Shown: positions 19,049 through 27,545 of the stretch, in pieces | How positions within the stretch are numbered: the stretch's first letter is position 1 | How the letters are laid out: every line of letters starts with the position of its first letter | IMG/VR virus record: IMGVR_UViG_3300033067_001366 | Length of the DNA stretch: 64,000 bases | Origin: an uncultured virus (IMG/VR IMGVR_UViG_3300033067_001366) | Taxonomy: Duplodnaviria > Heunggongvirae > Uroviricota > Caudoviricetes | Strand: one strand, 5' to 3' | Notes under the pieces: generated by a model | What the model was told of the DNA's origin: nothing | Databases searched by the model: none | What the model saw: only the letters and a program-made list of their open reading frames with translations | Program-made: the position numbers and the translations under genes

Positions 19049-19867
19049 ATGAAAGCAATCAAGTGGCTGAATTCCCACGACTGGAAGCAGAACGCCGAGG
19101 CACCGACCTTCGGCAGCTTCAATGCGAAAGGTTTCCAGCTTGACCTCGACAAGATTGTCGGCACTGAGCCCGACGGCACGAAGCGCTGGCGGCTGATCTG
19201 GGGCTGCGATCTCAGTAAAACCGAGATCTGGGACCGGTATCGCCGGGAGTATCGGCCTCGTTACGCCTGGCGCCAGAACAAGGTGTTTCGGAAATTGCCA
19301 GGCCTGATCAGTACCTATCAGACTCACGAGTGGGTCTGTGTTCCTCGGTGGTTTATCGAATGCCTGGTTCCGGCCGCGGCGCGCGATGAACGGGCCGAGG
19401 AGGCTGGTGTTGAAACGGGGACCATTAATCATCCCGATGGGCGAGTTGAGGAGATTGTCACGGCCAGTTTCACGGAGCGGCGCGTCGAAGGTGCAGATTA
19501 CATGCTCCTAACGCCGATCTATGAGCACAGCACGGTGATGGTTTCCGGCTGGCGGTCCTGTTGCCTGGAGGCGCAAAAGCACGGCTATAAGTGCTTCGGT
19601 CTGTTTCGACAGCCGGACCAAAAGGACCTCGATCATCTGGCCGAGGGGTGGGCGGAGCGCGTCGCCGAGCACAACAAGCCCGGCGAAATGACCGCCGAGG
19701 ATCGCGCGATCATCTTTCACGAGATGGCCGCGCAAAAAGCGCAAGAAAAAGCCGAGAAGGCTGTGCGCGATCAGGAGCTTCGTGGCTGGATCCGCAATCG
19801 CGTGGTCTGGGAGAAGCGCAACACTAATCCAGGCACGATGAAGGGTGCCATTTCCTTACCGAGTTAA
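19049..19867 (+). CDS. Hypothetical protein
   Basis: Long co-oriented ORF in structural operon. Confidence 0.65.
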   Translation: MKAIKWLNSHDWKQNAEAPTFGSFNAKGFQLDLDKIVGTEPDGTKRWRLIWGCDLSKTEIWDRYRREYRPRYAWRQNKVFRKLPGLISTYQTHEWVCVPRWFIECLVPAAARDERAEEAGVETGTINHPDGRVEEIVTASFTERRVEGADYMLLTPIYEHSTVMVSGWRSCCLEAQKHGYKCFGLFRQPDQKDLDHLAEGWAERVAEHNKPGEMTAEDRAIIFHEMAAQKAQEKAEKAVRDQELRGWIRNRVVWEKRNTNPGTMKGAISLPS

Positions 19868-19873
19868 AACCCT

Positions 19874-20821
19874 ATGGAAGTTACAACAAACACGATTGGT
19901 TCAATTCGCCAGCGCACGCAGCGCATGGTGGATCGCTTTCAGGAGAAGTTCGTATTTTCTCCAGTCTTCACGTTCCCTTGGCACGGCACGCCGGATGGCG
20001 GCGTCGTGGGTGGGCGAATTACTTGCCTGTCGCCGCAATCGCAGCGCTATCCATATTCCGAGTTGCTCGCCGCAGATGTTCGGGCGGATTCAATGGAGAT
20101 CATGGGTTTTGAAGGTTTTGAAGGTAAGACGGTCCAAACCTTGCCGACGGACAAGTCCAGGGGAATCTACGCCATCGTTGCCACGCAGCCGGGAATCATT
20201 GCGGATGCGCTCTGTGCCAATCACGGCAACGAGGGAGTAATCATTCTTCGATCTCTGTTGAGCGTGACGGCCGAGCAGTGGCTTGATTGGGAGTTGAATT
20301 CGATTCTCTTCGGCGACGAGGAGATTCGGACATTGGCAGGAATGCGGACGCGGCTCGCCAGTGTGCAGTCCATAACAACGGGCGGTCGCAGAAAGTTAAT
20401 TGATGACATTGTTAAAGAGTTGACGATCTCGCTGGACGTGGCCGAGAGGAAATACCGGCAGGAAATTCGGGAGACGCATGCCGAGATGGACCAGGCACGC
20501 GGCGGCAATACGACGGCCAAGGCTACGTATGATCGTCGCGACTTGCGGTTGCTGGAATGGTTGCAATTGACGCCACGCGGTGATGCTCTGGATCGCCTGG
20601 CAGATTCGTACAACCTGGTTCCTGGAATGCTTCAGGGCTTGCAGCAGCCTGCCGCTGCGGCACCACAGCCTTCGGTTGATCCCTTAATGGTCGGCGAAAT
20701 GGTCAAAGAGGGCATCAAGGAGGGGATGACGGCGGTCGCTGGCGTCTTTGCTGAGATACTTGAGAGGCAGCAGGCGAGGCCAGAAGAGCCCTCGACTAAA
20801 GGTAACAAGAAAGCCAGCTAA
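19874..20821 (+). CDS. Hypothetical protein
   Basis: Long co-oriented ORF, coupled to next gene. Confidence 0.65.
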   Translation: MEVTTNTIGSIRQRTQRMVDRFQEKFVFSPVFTFPWHGTPDGGVVGGRITCLSPQSQRYPYSELLAADVRADSMEIMGFEGFEGKTVQTLPTDKSRGIYAIVATQPGIIADALCANHGNEGVIILRSLLSVTAEQWLDWELNSILFGDEEIRTLAGMRTRLASVQSITTGGRRKLIDDIVKELTISLDVAERKYRQEIRETHAEMDQARGGNTTAKATYDRRDLRLLEWLQLTPRGDALDRLADSYNLVPGMLQGLQQPAAAAPQPSVDPLMVGEMVKEGIKEGMTAVAGVFAEILERQQARPEEPSTKGNKKAS

Positions 20822-21579
20822 TGCCGTACCAATTCATCAGAATCATCGGTGAGGTTCGACAGGACTGCGCCAATCCGGAGCAGAACACGCCCACCGACGA
20901 TCTCATCCTGCAGAAGGTCGGGGACGTCTCGCAGCAGCTCCAGAACCAGGCGCAGAACTCGTCGTTCTCCTGGGATGTTGGATACTTCGATCTTCAGGTT
21001 CAGGCCGACAAGGGCGAGTATCTGATTCCAGATGCGAAGCGTGGCGGCAAGGTGCAGTGGATCCACACTATTCAGCCGAATGACCGGTTTCATATTAATC
21101 GTCCCGTGCCGGTGATCGAACGGCAGCATCTGCCGGAGGTTTACCAAGGGCCAGTAACGGCGATGGGGGGTAATTCGGGTAGCTCGCAGCATTCGGCCGA
21201 GGCGATGATCCTGTACTACACAAGCGGCAGTTTATATGTCGAGGTTGTGCCGCGGCCGCAGGCAGCTTGCACGTATCGCCTCTGGTTCGAGTCCGGTGAG
21301 ATTCCGGAGCCGCTGTTGGATGGGAGGGTGGCCAACCTGGTCCCGTTCCATCGGTTTGTCCGACTGAAGACGTCTTACCTGGTGCTGCCGTATTGCGGGT
21401 GGAGCGGCCTGTCGCGCACAGAGGCGAAAGAGTATCGAGCAGAGCTGCGTGGTCCGATGGCGCCTTTCTTGATGCAATGGGAGCGCGATTACGCCAATTA
21501 TATTTCGACCTCACATCAGGCTGGCTATGAGGGTGGCGGAGGATTCGTCTCGGACGATTACCTTGGAGGTGATAGTTAA
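20821..21579 (+). CDS. Head-tail adaptor-like protein
   Basis: ADKGEYLIP...VEVVPRPQAACTYRLWF pattern of podoviral adaptors; position. Confidence 0.55.
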   Translation: MPYQFIRIIGEVRQDCANPEQNTPTDDLILQKVGDVSQQLQNQAQNSSFSWDVGYFDLQVQADKGEYLIPDAKRGGKVQWIHTIQPNDRFHINRPVPVIERQHLPEVYQGPVTAMGGNSGSSQHSAEAMILYYTSGSLYVEVVPRPQAACTYRLWFESGEIPEPLLDGRVANLVPFHRFVRLKTSYLVLPYCGWSGLSRTEAKEYRAELRGPMAPFLMQWERDYANYISTSHQAGYEGGGGFVSDDYLGGDS

Positions 21580-22325
21580 TGCCTCGAATCACGACCTATT
21601 GGGCCATTGAGCGGGAAGTCATGGACCTGCTCAACATCCTGAAGTCCGACGATGTTGCGACCGCAGAGACGACATTTGTTAAGTCTACCGGATTGGTAGA
21701 TGCGGACGTTGACGACGCGGCGTTTCCGAAGTCGGCAGTGCGCAGGCACATCCTGACCGCACAGCAGCTCATTGTTCTGGCGATCATTCAGACCGAGGGG
21801 CATCCTCGTCGGCGCGATTACATGAAGACGACGTCTGTCGCGCATCTGTCGCAGCTCCCGTCGGGGATTGGTCCATTGGGTGCGATTTATGATGATGTGA
21901 CGGGGGAGTCTTACACACTGCGGTCAGTGGACGACGTCAACCGGATTCGGCGCAATCCGATCACGATCGGCGGGGTGACGCCGACGTTTCGTTATTACGC
22001 GCTCGATGGCACGCGCATCTTCCTGACCAATGCCTTCGCCATTCTTGAGTACGCCGACTACAACGATTTTGCGGGCTTCAGCCAGGCCAATATTGATGCG
22101 GCCTTTTCGACGTCAGCGGTCCTGTCGTTTACCACAATCTTGCTGCCAGACGAGTTTGCGCCGGCATTGGTTTTTGCGTCGGTGGCGATCGCTGCTGGCA
22201 AGGCTGCGGGCTATACCGACGCGGGCTCTTATTACGGCCAGTTGTTTCAGGCGGCGATGGAGATTCAGGGCGTTCGGAAGGTCCCGCTCGACTTCAGAGC
22301 CGAGCCAGACGGGAAGGGCAATTGA
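21579..22325 (+). CDS. Adaptor/neck-like protein
   Basis: YYALDGTRIFL...LPDEFAPALV adaptor-like pattern. Confidence 0.5.
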   Translation: MPRITTYWAIEREVMDLLNILKSDDVATAETTFVKSTGLVDADVDDAAFPKSAVRRHILTAQQLIVLAIIQTEGHPRRRDYMKTTSVAHLSQLPSGIGPLGAIYDDVTGESYTLRSVDDVNRIRRNPITIGGVTPTFRYYALDGTRIFLTNAFAILEYADYNDFAGFSQANIDAAFSTSAVLSFTTILLPDEFAPALVFASVAIAAGKAAGYTDAGSYYGQLFQAAMEIQGVRKVPLDFRAEPDGKGN

Positions 22326-22645
22326 GCGACTTCTTTCTAATGTTCTTCAAGTTGGCGGTCTGTCATTTCCTGGCGGACTATCCGCTCCAGGGTGACTTTC
22401 TGTCCAAGGCGAAGAATCACAAGCAGCCGATTCCTGGGGTGCCGTTTTATCACGCGCTGGTCGCTCATTCGACGATTCAGGCCGGTGGAGTCTGGTTGGT
22501 GACCGGATCTCTCTGGCTGGCACTGGTCGAGCTCGTTATTCACGCGGCGGTTGATTACGCCAAGTGCGATGGGCGCATCTCTTACGATGCCGACCAGGAG
22601 CTACATCTGCTCTGCAAGGTGATTTATGTCGCTCTCTGTTTCTGA
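22322..22645 (+). CDS. DUF3307-family membrane protein
   Basis: HFLADYPLQ...HS..HAAVDYAK...DQELH. Confidence 0.85.
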   Translation: MSDFFLMFFKLAVCHFLADYPLQGDFLSKAKNHKQPIPGVPFYHALVAHSTIQAGGVWLVTGSLWLALVELVIHAAVDYAKCDGRISYDADQELHLLCKVIYVALCF

Positions 22646-23207
22646 TCTGGTTATTCGCGCAGGGCAGTTGGCACGTGGCGGAGCCTCCGAAGAAAACACT
22701 GGCATCTGGGACGACAATGTCTGGCGTCTGGTCCCGAATGCGCTCCATAAGCTGGCGACGGCGATCTCCATGGACTCTGTTCGTCGGGGCATTCTGACGC
22801 GATCCTTCGGCCTGCCGATGATTGAGGGTCGAGCCGACCTTGCCTCGCCAGCGTTGGCGCCTCTGCTGCGATCTTCGTTTCCTTATGCGCGGTTTTACGA
22901 TCCTGAGGACGCTGATCAGCTCTATCCGTACATCTGGAAGGCCAGTCCGGCAGAGCTGAAGGGATGGCTCAATCCAGCCTTCGGTTACTTCTCGGTGGAC
23001 GCGAATTCCATTTACACGCGGAAGCGCGGCGTCCCGATCCCTGACGCGCTGACAGCGATTAAAGACGGCAACGCGATTATCTTCGCGATGTACATCCCCG
23101 ACGGCGGGCCCAATCCGATTCCGGATGACGCCGGCGACGAGGCTGTCGAGTTTCTAGCAGCACTGGCGGTTGCTGGTGCGAAGGAAATCACAGCCGGTCT
23201 GGGGTAA
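22626..23207 (+). CDS. Adaptor/neck-like protein
   Basis: FGYFSVDANSIY motif similar to preceding adaptor-like genes. Confidence 0.5.
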   Translation: MSLSVSDLVIRAGQLARGGASEENTGIWDDNVWRLVPNALHKLATAISMDSVRRGILTRSFGLPMIEGRADLASPALAPLLRSSFPYARFYDPEDADQLYPYIWKASPAELKGWLNPAFGYFSVDANSIYTRKRGVPIPDALTAIKDGNAIIFAMYIPDGGPNPIPDDAGDEAVEFLAALAVAGAKEITAGLG

Positions 23208-23215
23208 GGGGTTTT

Positions 23216-23518
23216 ATGGATTCTCTTGGGTTCCCGAATCTAGCTTTTACGAACGGCACTCTGAAAGGGTTTGCGCTGCGATCGGTCAGCCGAGAGTGGC
23301 TGAATTATAAATTTGGCCCTCTCTCTGTGCCGGAGTGGGATGCGCTTACGGGTCGCGCTGCAGATTACAAGACGTGCGCTCCGATCCTTTTTGCTGTGTT
23401 TACGCTCGATGATGGGACGGAGATCGAGCGGCCTGCGTCCGAATATGCCGGTCGGCAGATCGGATCAGTCTTTCCTTTGTTGGTTCACAACTCAGTCAAT
23501 GCCTACAGCACCAGATAG
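23216..23518 (+). CDS. Hypothetical protein
   Basis: AAGGGG RBS. Confidence 0.5.
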   Translation: MDSLGFPNLAFTNGTLKGFALRSVSREWLNYKFGPLSVPEWDALTGRAADYKTCAPILFAVFTLDDGTEIERPASEYAGRQIGSVFPLLVHNSVNAYSTR

Positions 23519-25508
23519 CGAGACTTTTACCTTTGAAGCGGGGTATGTCCCTGATCAGGCACTAATTGGTCAGGGCCTGAAAGGGACGATCTTTGCCGGC
23601 GAGCAGGTTCTGCTGGAGAACGGCCGCCTGCGCGTTGCCGCGCCTCCTCTGGACGTGAACGAGACGACGCCGCTCGCGACGTATGGCTTCACGGCCACGC
23701 TGGTCGCGGGCAGCGACGTGGCCACGCTGTCGGCCGGCGCAACAGCGCGCACCGACATTCGATCTGGCCAGCACGTTCTGATCGGTACGGACTTATATCT
23801 GGTCAAGCGGACGCCGACAGATCTAACTCTCAGAATTTCACCGAAGCCGACGGCAAGTGCCGCTGGGCTGGCTGTCAAGTTCATTCCGACGATCTCAGCG
23901 TTGGATCTTGATCGCGGGACGCTTTATGGCGGGAATGCCGTTAAGTTTCGGCAGGAAGCACTCTTTGGGGTTGGGGTGGGTCCTCTCCGGGTCAACGGGA
24001 CAGCGTTGAGTGCGGCATTCTCGGCCTCCAACAAATTGCGGGTGGCGTATCCGGATTACGGAACGCCTGGCACTTATATTGTCCATGACGCGGGCTTCAC
24101 GGAGCCGACGGGATTCACGGTCGCCCAGGGCGGGGTGGGTGTGAAGGACATGCCGGCGGCGGACTATCCGATTCGCCTGTCAAAGAAGCGTGCGGGCTTC
24201 TCCGGTTATGGCAACCCGTCAGATCAGAAGGTTGCGACGACGACGGCTAATGGCAAGAAGATCGCAATCAGTTTGCCGGCGTTTGACGCATCCGAGGGGC
24301 AGACTGCCTGGTTTGTCTGGGTGCCAAAGATATTCACCTTAGGCCAGCCGGACAAGGTTTTCGGCCTCCATTCGGAGGTGCTTGTTGATTCCACGACCAT
24401 TGAAATTGAATGGTTTGATGTAGAGATCGTGGAGTTAATGAGCTTCGACAATGATCCGCCTCCGGTCGCGCAGTTCGTCTTCACGATGTCGGATTACCTG
24501 ATGCTTGCTGGGTGTGATGGCCAGCCAGACGGATCGGGACAAGCGACGACGCCTGGTCCCGGCGTTGCCGCATCGAAGCTTAATAATCCAGAGGCCTTCT
24601 CGCCGGCATTTCGGGCAACGATGTCGAGCGGCGAGCTGATCAATGGGGTCCACGTGGGCGCGCAGGCCAACAGCGTAGAGCAGGAAACTGTTAAGGCGTT
24701 TCTGACCAGCGAGAACACGCTGCAGGTCCTGCTTGTTAATAAGAACACGGCAGCAGCCAATCCGATTGATATTCGCCCAAGCTGGCAGTACGGCTTCGAG
24801 CACTACGCTTCTGCTGTAATGGCTGAAGGCGATTTCTACGGCCACACGGGCGGCACGTTGGCGCGCGCGGTCGGCAGCTCCGATCAGCGCGAGGTTCGAT
24901 TCTCGACGCGCGTGCGCTCGATCCTGAAATTGTTTAAGCCTGGTCGGACGTTCGTCGGCTGGGATCCTTACGGCAAGTACGTTGTCGTCATTCACAGCCA
25001 GCACGGACAGCAGTCGGGCAAGTGGTATTCGATCGGGCTTTCGTATCAGGTCGAAGACGACGCCTGGTCGCCGCCGGTCCGGCTGGGTGATACCTCGGCA
25101 GACTTCATTGTCTGCGGTCGGGCGACGGTCGGCGGCCGCTTATACCTGGTGACCACCGACGGAAAGACCTGGCGCTGGGATGACGGCACGGTCAGTCAGT
25201 CGGGCTGGGTTGCGACACCATTTTTCGATTTCGGATCTACCGATCTTCAGAAGACTGCGCGCCGCGTTATCACTAATGGTTCAGCCAATGGTCAGGTTCG
25301 TCTGTATCGCGATCGCGACGAGACAGGCCTTAAAGCTGGGGCAGCGGCACCGTCGAAGGCGCTCTCCGGCAGCCGCACGCTCTGGAAGTCCAATGTGCGT
25401 GGCAAGAATCACGCGGTGCGCGTGGATTTCACGGATCAGGCACCGAAGACGAATGTGCTCGACGCCGTAACGGTTGCGGTCGAAGAGCGCGGGGGGCTAA
25501 GCAATTGA
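23499..25508 (+). CDS. Tail nozzle / DNA stabilisation protein (P22 gp10 or T7 gp12-like)
   Basis: About 670 aa, beta-rich; SKLNNPEAF and ATPFFDFG..DLQK motifs; position before GNAT-like and ejection genes. Confidence 0.6.
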   Translation: MPTAPDSETFTFEAGYVPDQALIGQGLKGTIFAGEQVLLENGRLRVAAPPLDVNETTPLATYGFTATLVAGSDVATLSAGATARTDIRSGQHVLIGTDLYLVKRTPTDLTLRISPKPTASAAGLAVKFIPTISALDLDRGTLYGGNAVKFRQEALFGVGVGPLRVNGTALSAAFSASNKLRVAYPDYGTPGTYIVHDAGFTEPTGFTVAQGGVGVKDMPAADYPIRLSKKRAGFSGYGNPSDQKVATTTANGKKIAISLPAFDASEGQTAWFVWVPKIFTLGQPDKVFGLHSEVLVDSTTIEIEWFDVEIVELMSFDNDPPPVAQFVFTMSDYLMLAGCDGQPDGSGQATTPGPGVAASKLNNPEAFSPAFRATMSSGELINGVHVGAQANSVEQETVKAFLTSENTLQVLLVNKNTAAANPIDIRPSWQYGFEHYASAVMAEGDFYGHTGGTLARAVGSSDQREVRFSTRVRSILKLFKPGRTFVGWDPYGKYVVVIHSQHGQQSGKWYSIGLSYQVEDDAWSPPVRLGDTSADFIVCGRATVGGRLYLVTTDGKTWRWDDGTVSQSGWVATPFFDFGSTDLQKTARRVITNGSANGQVRLYRDRDETGLKAGAAAPSKALSGSRTLWKSNVRGKNHAVRVDFTDQAPKTNVLDAVTVAVEERGGLSN

Positions 25509-25954
25509 GCCCGGACGTGGTGTTAATTGATCACACTGATCCGCTGCATCAGGACTGGCTGCGCGAGGCCTGGGGTTGGCTGCAAGCCGATCCTGACCGA
25601 TACAACCACGACGGTCGGTATGGTTCCGAGGCGGAGTTTCTATGCTGCCCGATGGCGTCCATCGAGTGGGCGGTGCTTTATCAGGGCGGGCTGCAAGCCA
25701 TTGTGACCGGCACTTTCGACCAGAGCGCATCCTGTAGCGCGCACATTACCTCTCGACCACGGCCAACAATGGTGGCGCTGCTCGACGCGCTCCGTCAGAT
25801 CGAAGCGGTCGTGTTTCGTAGCTGCACCGACATTCTGGTTACGATCCCCGACCTTCCTCCCTTTGCTCCGACGCGCAAATTGGCTCAGGCAATGGGCTAT
25901 CGAAAAGTCTCAAATTCTCAATGGGTGAAATGGTTTTATGAGCAGAGGCAGTAA
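25505..25954 (+). CDS. GNAT-like protein (position of podoviral gp13-like gene)
   Basis: About 150 aa; TRKLAQAMGYRKV resembles GNAT motif B. Confidence 0.5.
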   Translation: MSPDVVLIDHTDPLHQDWLREAWGWLQADPDRYNHDGRYGSEAEFLCCPMASIEWAVLYQGGLQAIVTGTFDQSASCSAHITSRPRPTMVALLDALRQIEAVVFRSCTDILVTIPDLPPFAPTRKLAQAMGYRKVSNSQWVKWFYEQRQ

Positions 25955-26402
25955 AGCAGACGCACGCGACTTCGAGACAAATCATGCCTATGGGCAAATC
26001 TCGGCCGACAGTACGCCCGAATTCGAGGCGTTCAAGGCTTATCAGCCCGACAAGACGCTGCTTAATGCCGGCACGGCGGCGACGTTCGACCAGGCGCGGC
26101 GCGGGATTACAGAGGGAACCAGTTCTCCGTATTCAGGTGTCAATCCGGTCCTGCGGGCACGGCTGGGAGCGCTCGGCCAGCAGGAACTGGCCACCAAGCA
26201 GTCCGGCGCGCTGGCCGACGCTGATCTGGAACGCGACCGCCTGCAATTAGAGCAAAAGCGGATTGCAATGGAGTACAAAAAGCCGCAGGTCGTGGAAACG
26301 AAGACGTCCGGCTTTGGTCAGCAGCAGCAGCAGCAGGGCGGCGGCGGTGGCCTGGTCAGTGGAATCGTTTCGGGAATCGCAGGAGGCGTTTTGGCGTTTT
26401 AA
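25938..26402 (+). CDS. Small ejection (DNA transfer) protein
   Basis: Helical Q/A-rich body with Gly-rich hydrophobic end GLVSGIVSGIAGGVLAF. Confidence 0.55.
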   Translation: MSRGSKADARDFETNHAYGQISADSTPEFEAFKAYQPDKTLLNAGTAATFDQARRGITEGTSSPYSGVNPVLRARLGALGQQELATKQSGALADADLERDRLQLEQKRIAMEYKKPQVVETKTSGFGQQQQQQGGGGGLVSGIVSGIAGGVLAF

Positions 26403-27241
26403 TGGATAAAGCTTACAGCACTCTTAATCAAATTATGGAGCCGTTGATGGATGCGAAGCGTCCTTGCGTGCTCTATTCCGGCGGCCACGATTCGCAGGTT
26501 CTACTCTGGCTGGCCAGGCAGGCGCGTCCGGACGTGACGGCCGTGTACTGCGAAATGCACGAGGACGCCCGCAAGCAGGCCTTTGTCAGCGAAAGCTGCC
26601 ACATGTGGGGCATTCGCCTGGACGTCCGTCGGCCGTTCGCGCGCGATCTGATCGGCAACGGGGACCACATTGAAGTCTTCAACGCATTTCCGCTGGGCGA
26701 GTCGGTCCTGCGGATGGGAATGCAGGCAACTGGGCGCGAGACCAATGCACGCCATCTTTGCGCGGTCCGGCTGCGCTGCGAGGATCTGCCACCGAGGGAG
26801 TCCTGGGATTATGACCTGGCGTTAATGGGGCAGCGCGACGACGACACGGATCCAGCGTATGGGCCTGTTCCGGTTGGCTTGGACGAGCTCACTGTTGGCG
26901 GCGTCCGGGTTCTTTTCCCCATTCGCCAGTGGACGAATGCCGATGTCTGGACCGTCACGCGCCAATACGGCATCCCGCAGAATTGGCGTCGGTACGATAA
27001 GGCGACCGGCGAGAAGCTTACCAATTCAACGTGGGACAATGATCGTTACCACCTCTGCACGACTTGCTTGGAGCCTGGTCAGGACGTTGACCTGGTGGAG
27101 TGTCCAAGGAATGGCAAAGCCATCTACCTGGGCGATTTGATTGATTTGGAATCGCGTCGGCTGGCCTATTGGAATGCGGCGCTTAACGTAAGGAGCGAAA
27201 ATGGAGCAGGCATTCGGAGTGTCGGCAGTACTGCTGGCTAG
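26402..27241 (+). CDS. PAPS reductase-family (PP-loop) protein
   Basis: LYSGGHDS, MGQRDDD, PIRQWTNADVW; C-terminal CTTC...CP. Confidence 0.85.
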   Translation: MDKAYSTLNQIMEPLMDAKRPCVLYSGGHDSQVLLWLARQARPDVTAVYCEMHEDARKQAFVSESCHMWGIRLDVRRPFARDLIGNGDHIEVFNAFPLGESVLRMGMQATGRETNARHLCAVRLRCEDLPPRESWDYDLALMGQRDDDTDPAYGPVPVGLDELTVGGVRVLFPIRQWTNADVWTVTRQYGIPQNWRRYDKATGEKLTNSTWDNDRYHLCTTCLEPGQDVDLVECPRNGKAIYLGDLIDLESRRLAYWNAALNVRSENGAGIRSVGSTAG

Positions 27242-27521
27242 CGGAGGGACGCAGACGGGCAATTGGGTTCCGGTCGAAGATGCGATCAGCACGCAGGTGC
27301 AACTGGAAGCCGACGCGCTGGCGGCGGGCGATGTATTCATCGAGCAGACTCGCGAGAAGACTGGCACGCCCGTGGTCACTTTGCAGACGTGGACGATTGT
27401 CGCAGTGGTCGGTGGTCAGACCGCGCCCTATGAGCTTGGGCGACTGATTGGGTTTATTCGAGTTCGGACGGCTCTGTCGGCCGGTAACGTCGGCGCGTAC
27501 TTCAACAAGCTCGTCTCTTAG
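27201..27521 (+). CDS. Small beta-sandwich virion protein
   Basis: AAGGAG RBS; jelly-roll-like alternating pattern. Confidence 0.6.
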   Translation: MEQAFGVSAVLLASGGTQTGNWVPVEDAISTQVQLEADALAAGDVFIEQTREKTGTPVVTLQTWTIVAVVGGQTAPYELGRLIGFIRVRTALSAGNVGAYFNKLVS

Positions 27522-27545
27522 TTCTACCTGGTTTCTTAAATTCCG

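Noticed and set aside
23313..23498. Upstream extension of the nozzle ORF
   Set aside because: Overlaps the 23216-23518 gene; ATG 23499 is the better start
26402..27241. Dnd phosphorothioation system
   Set aside because: No dndA/B/D/E or cysteine desulfurase neighbours
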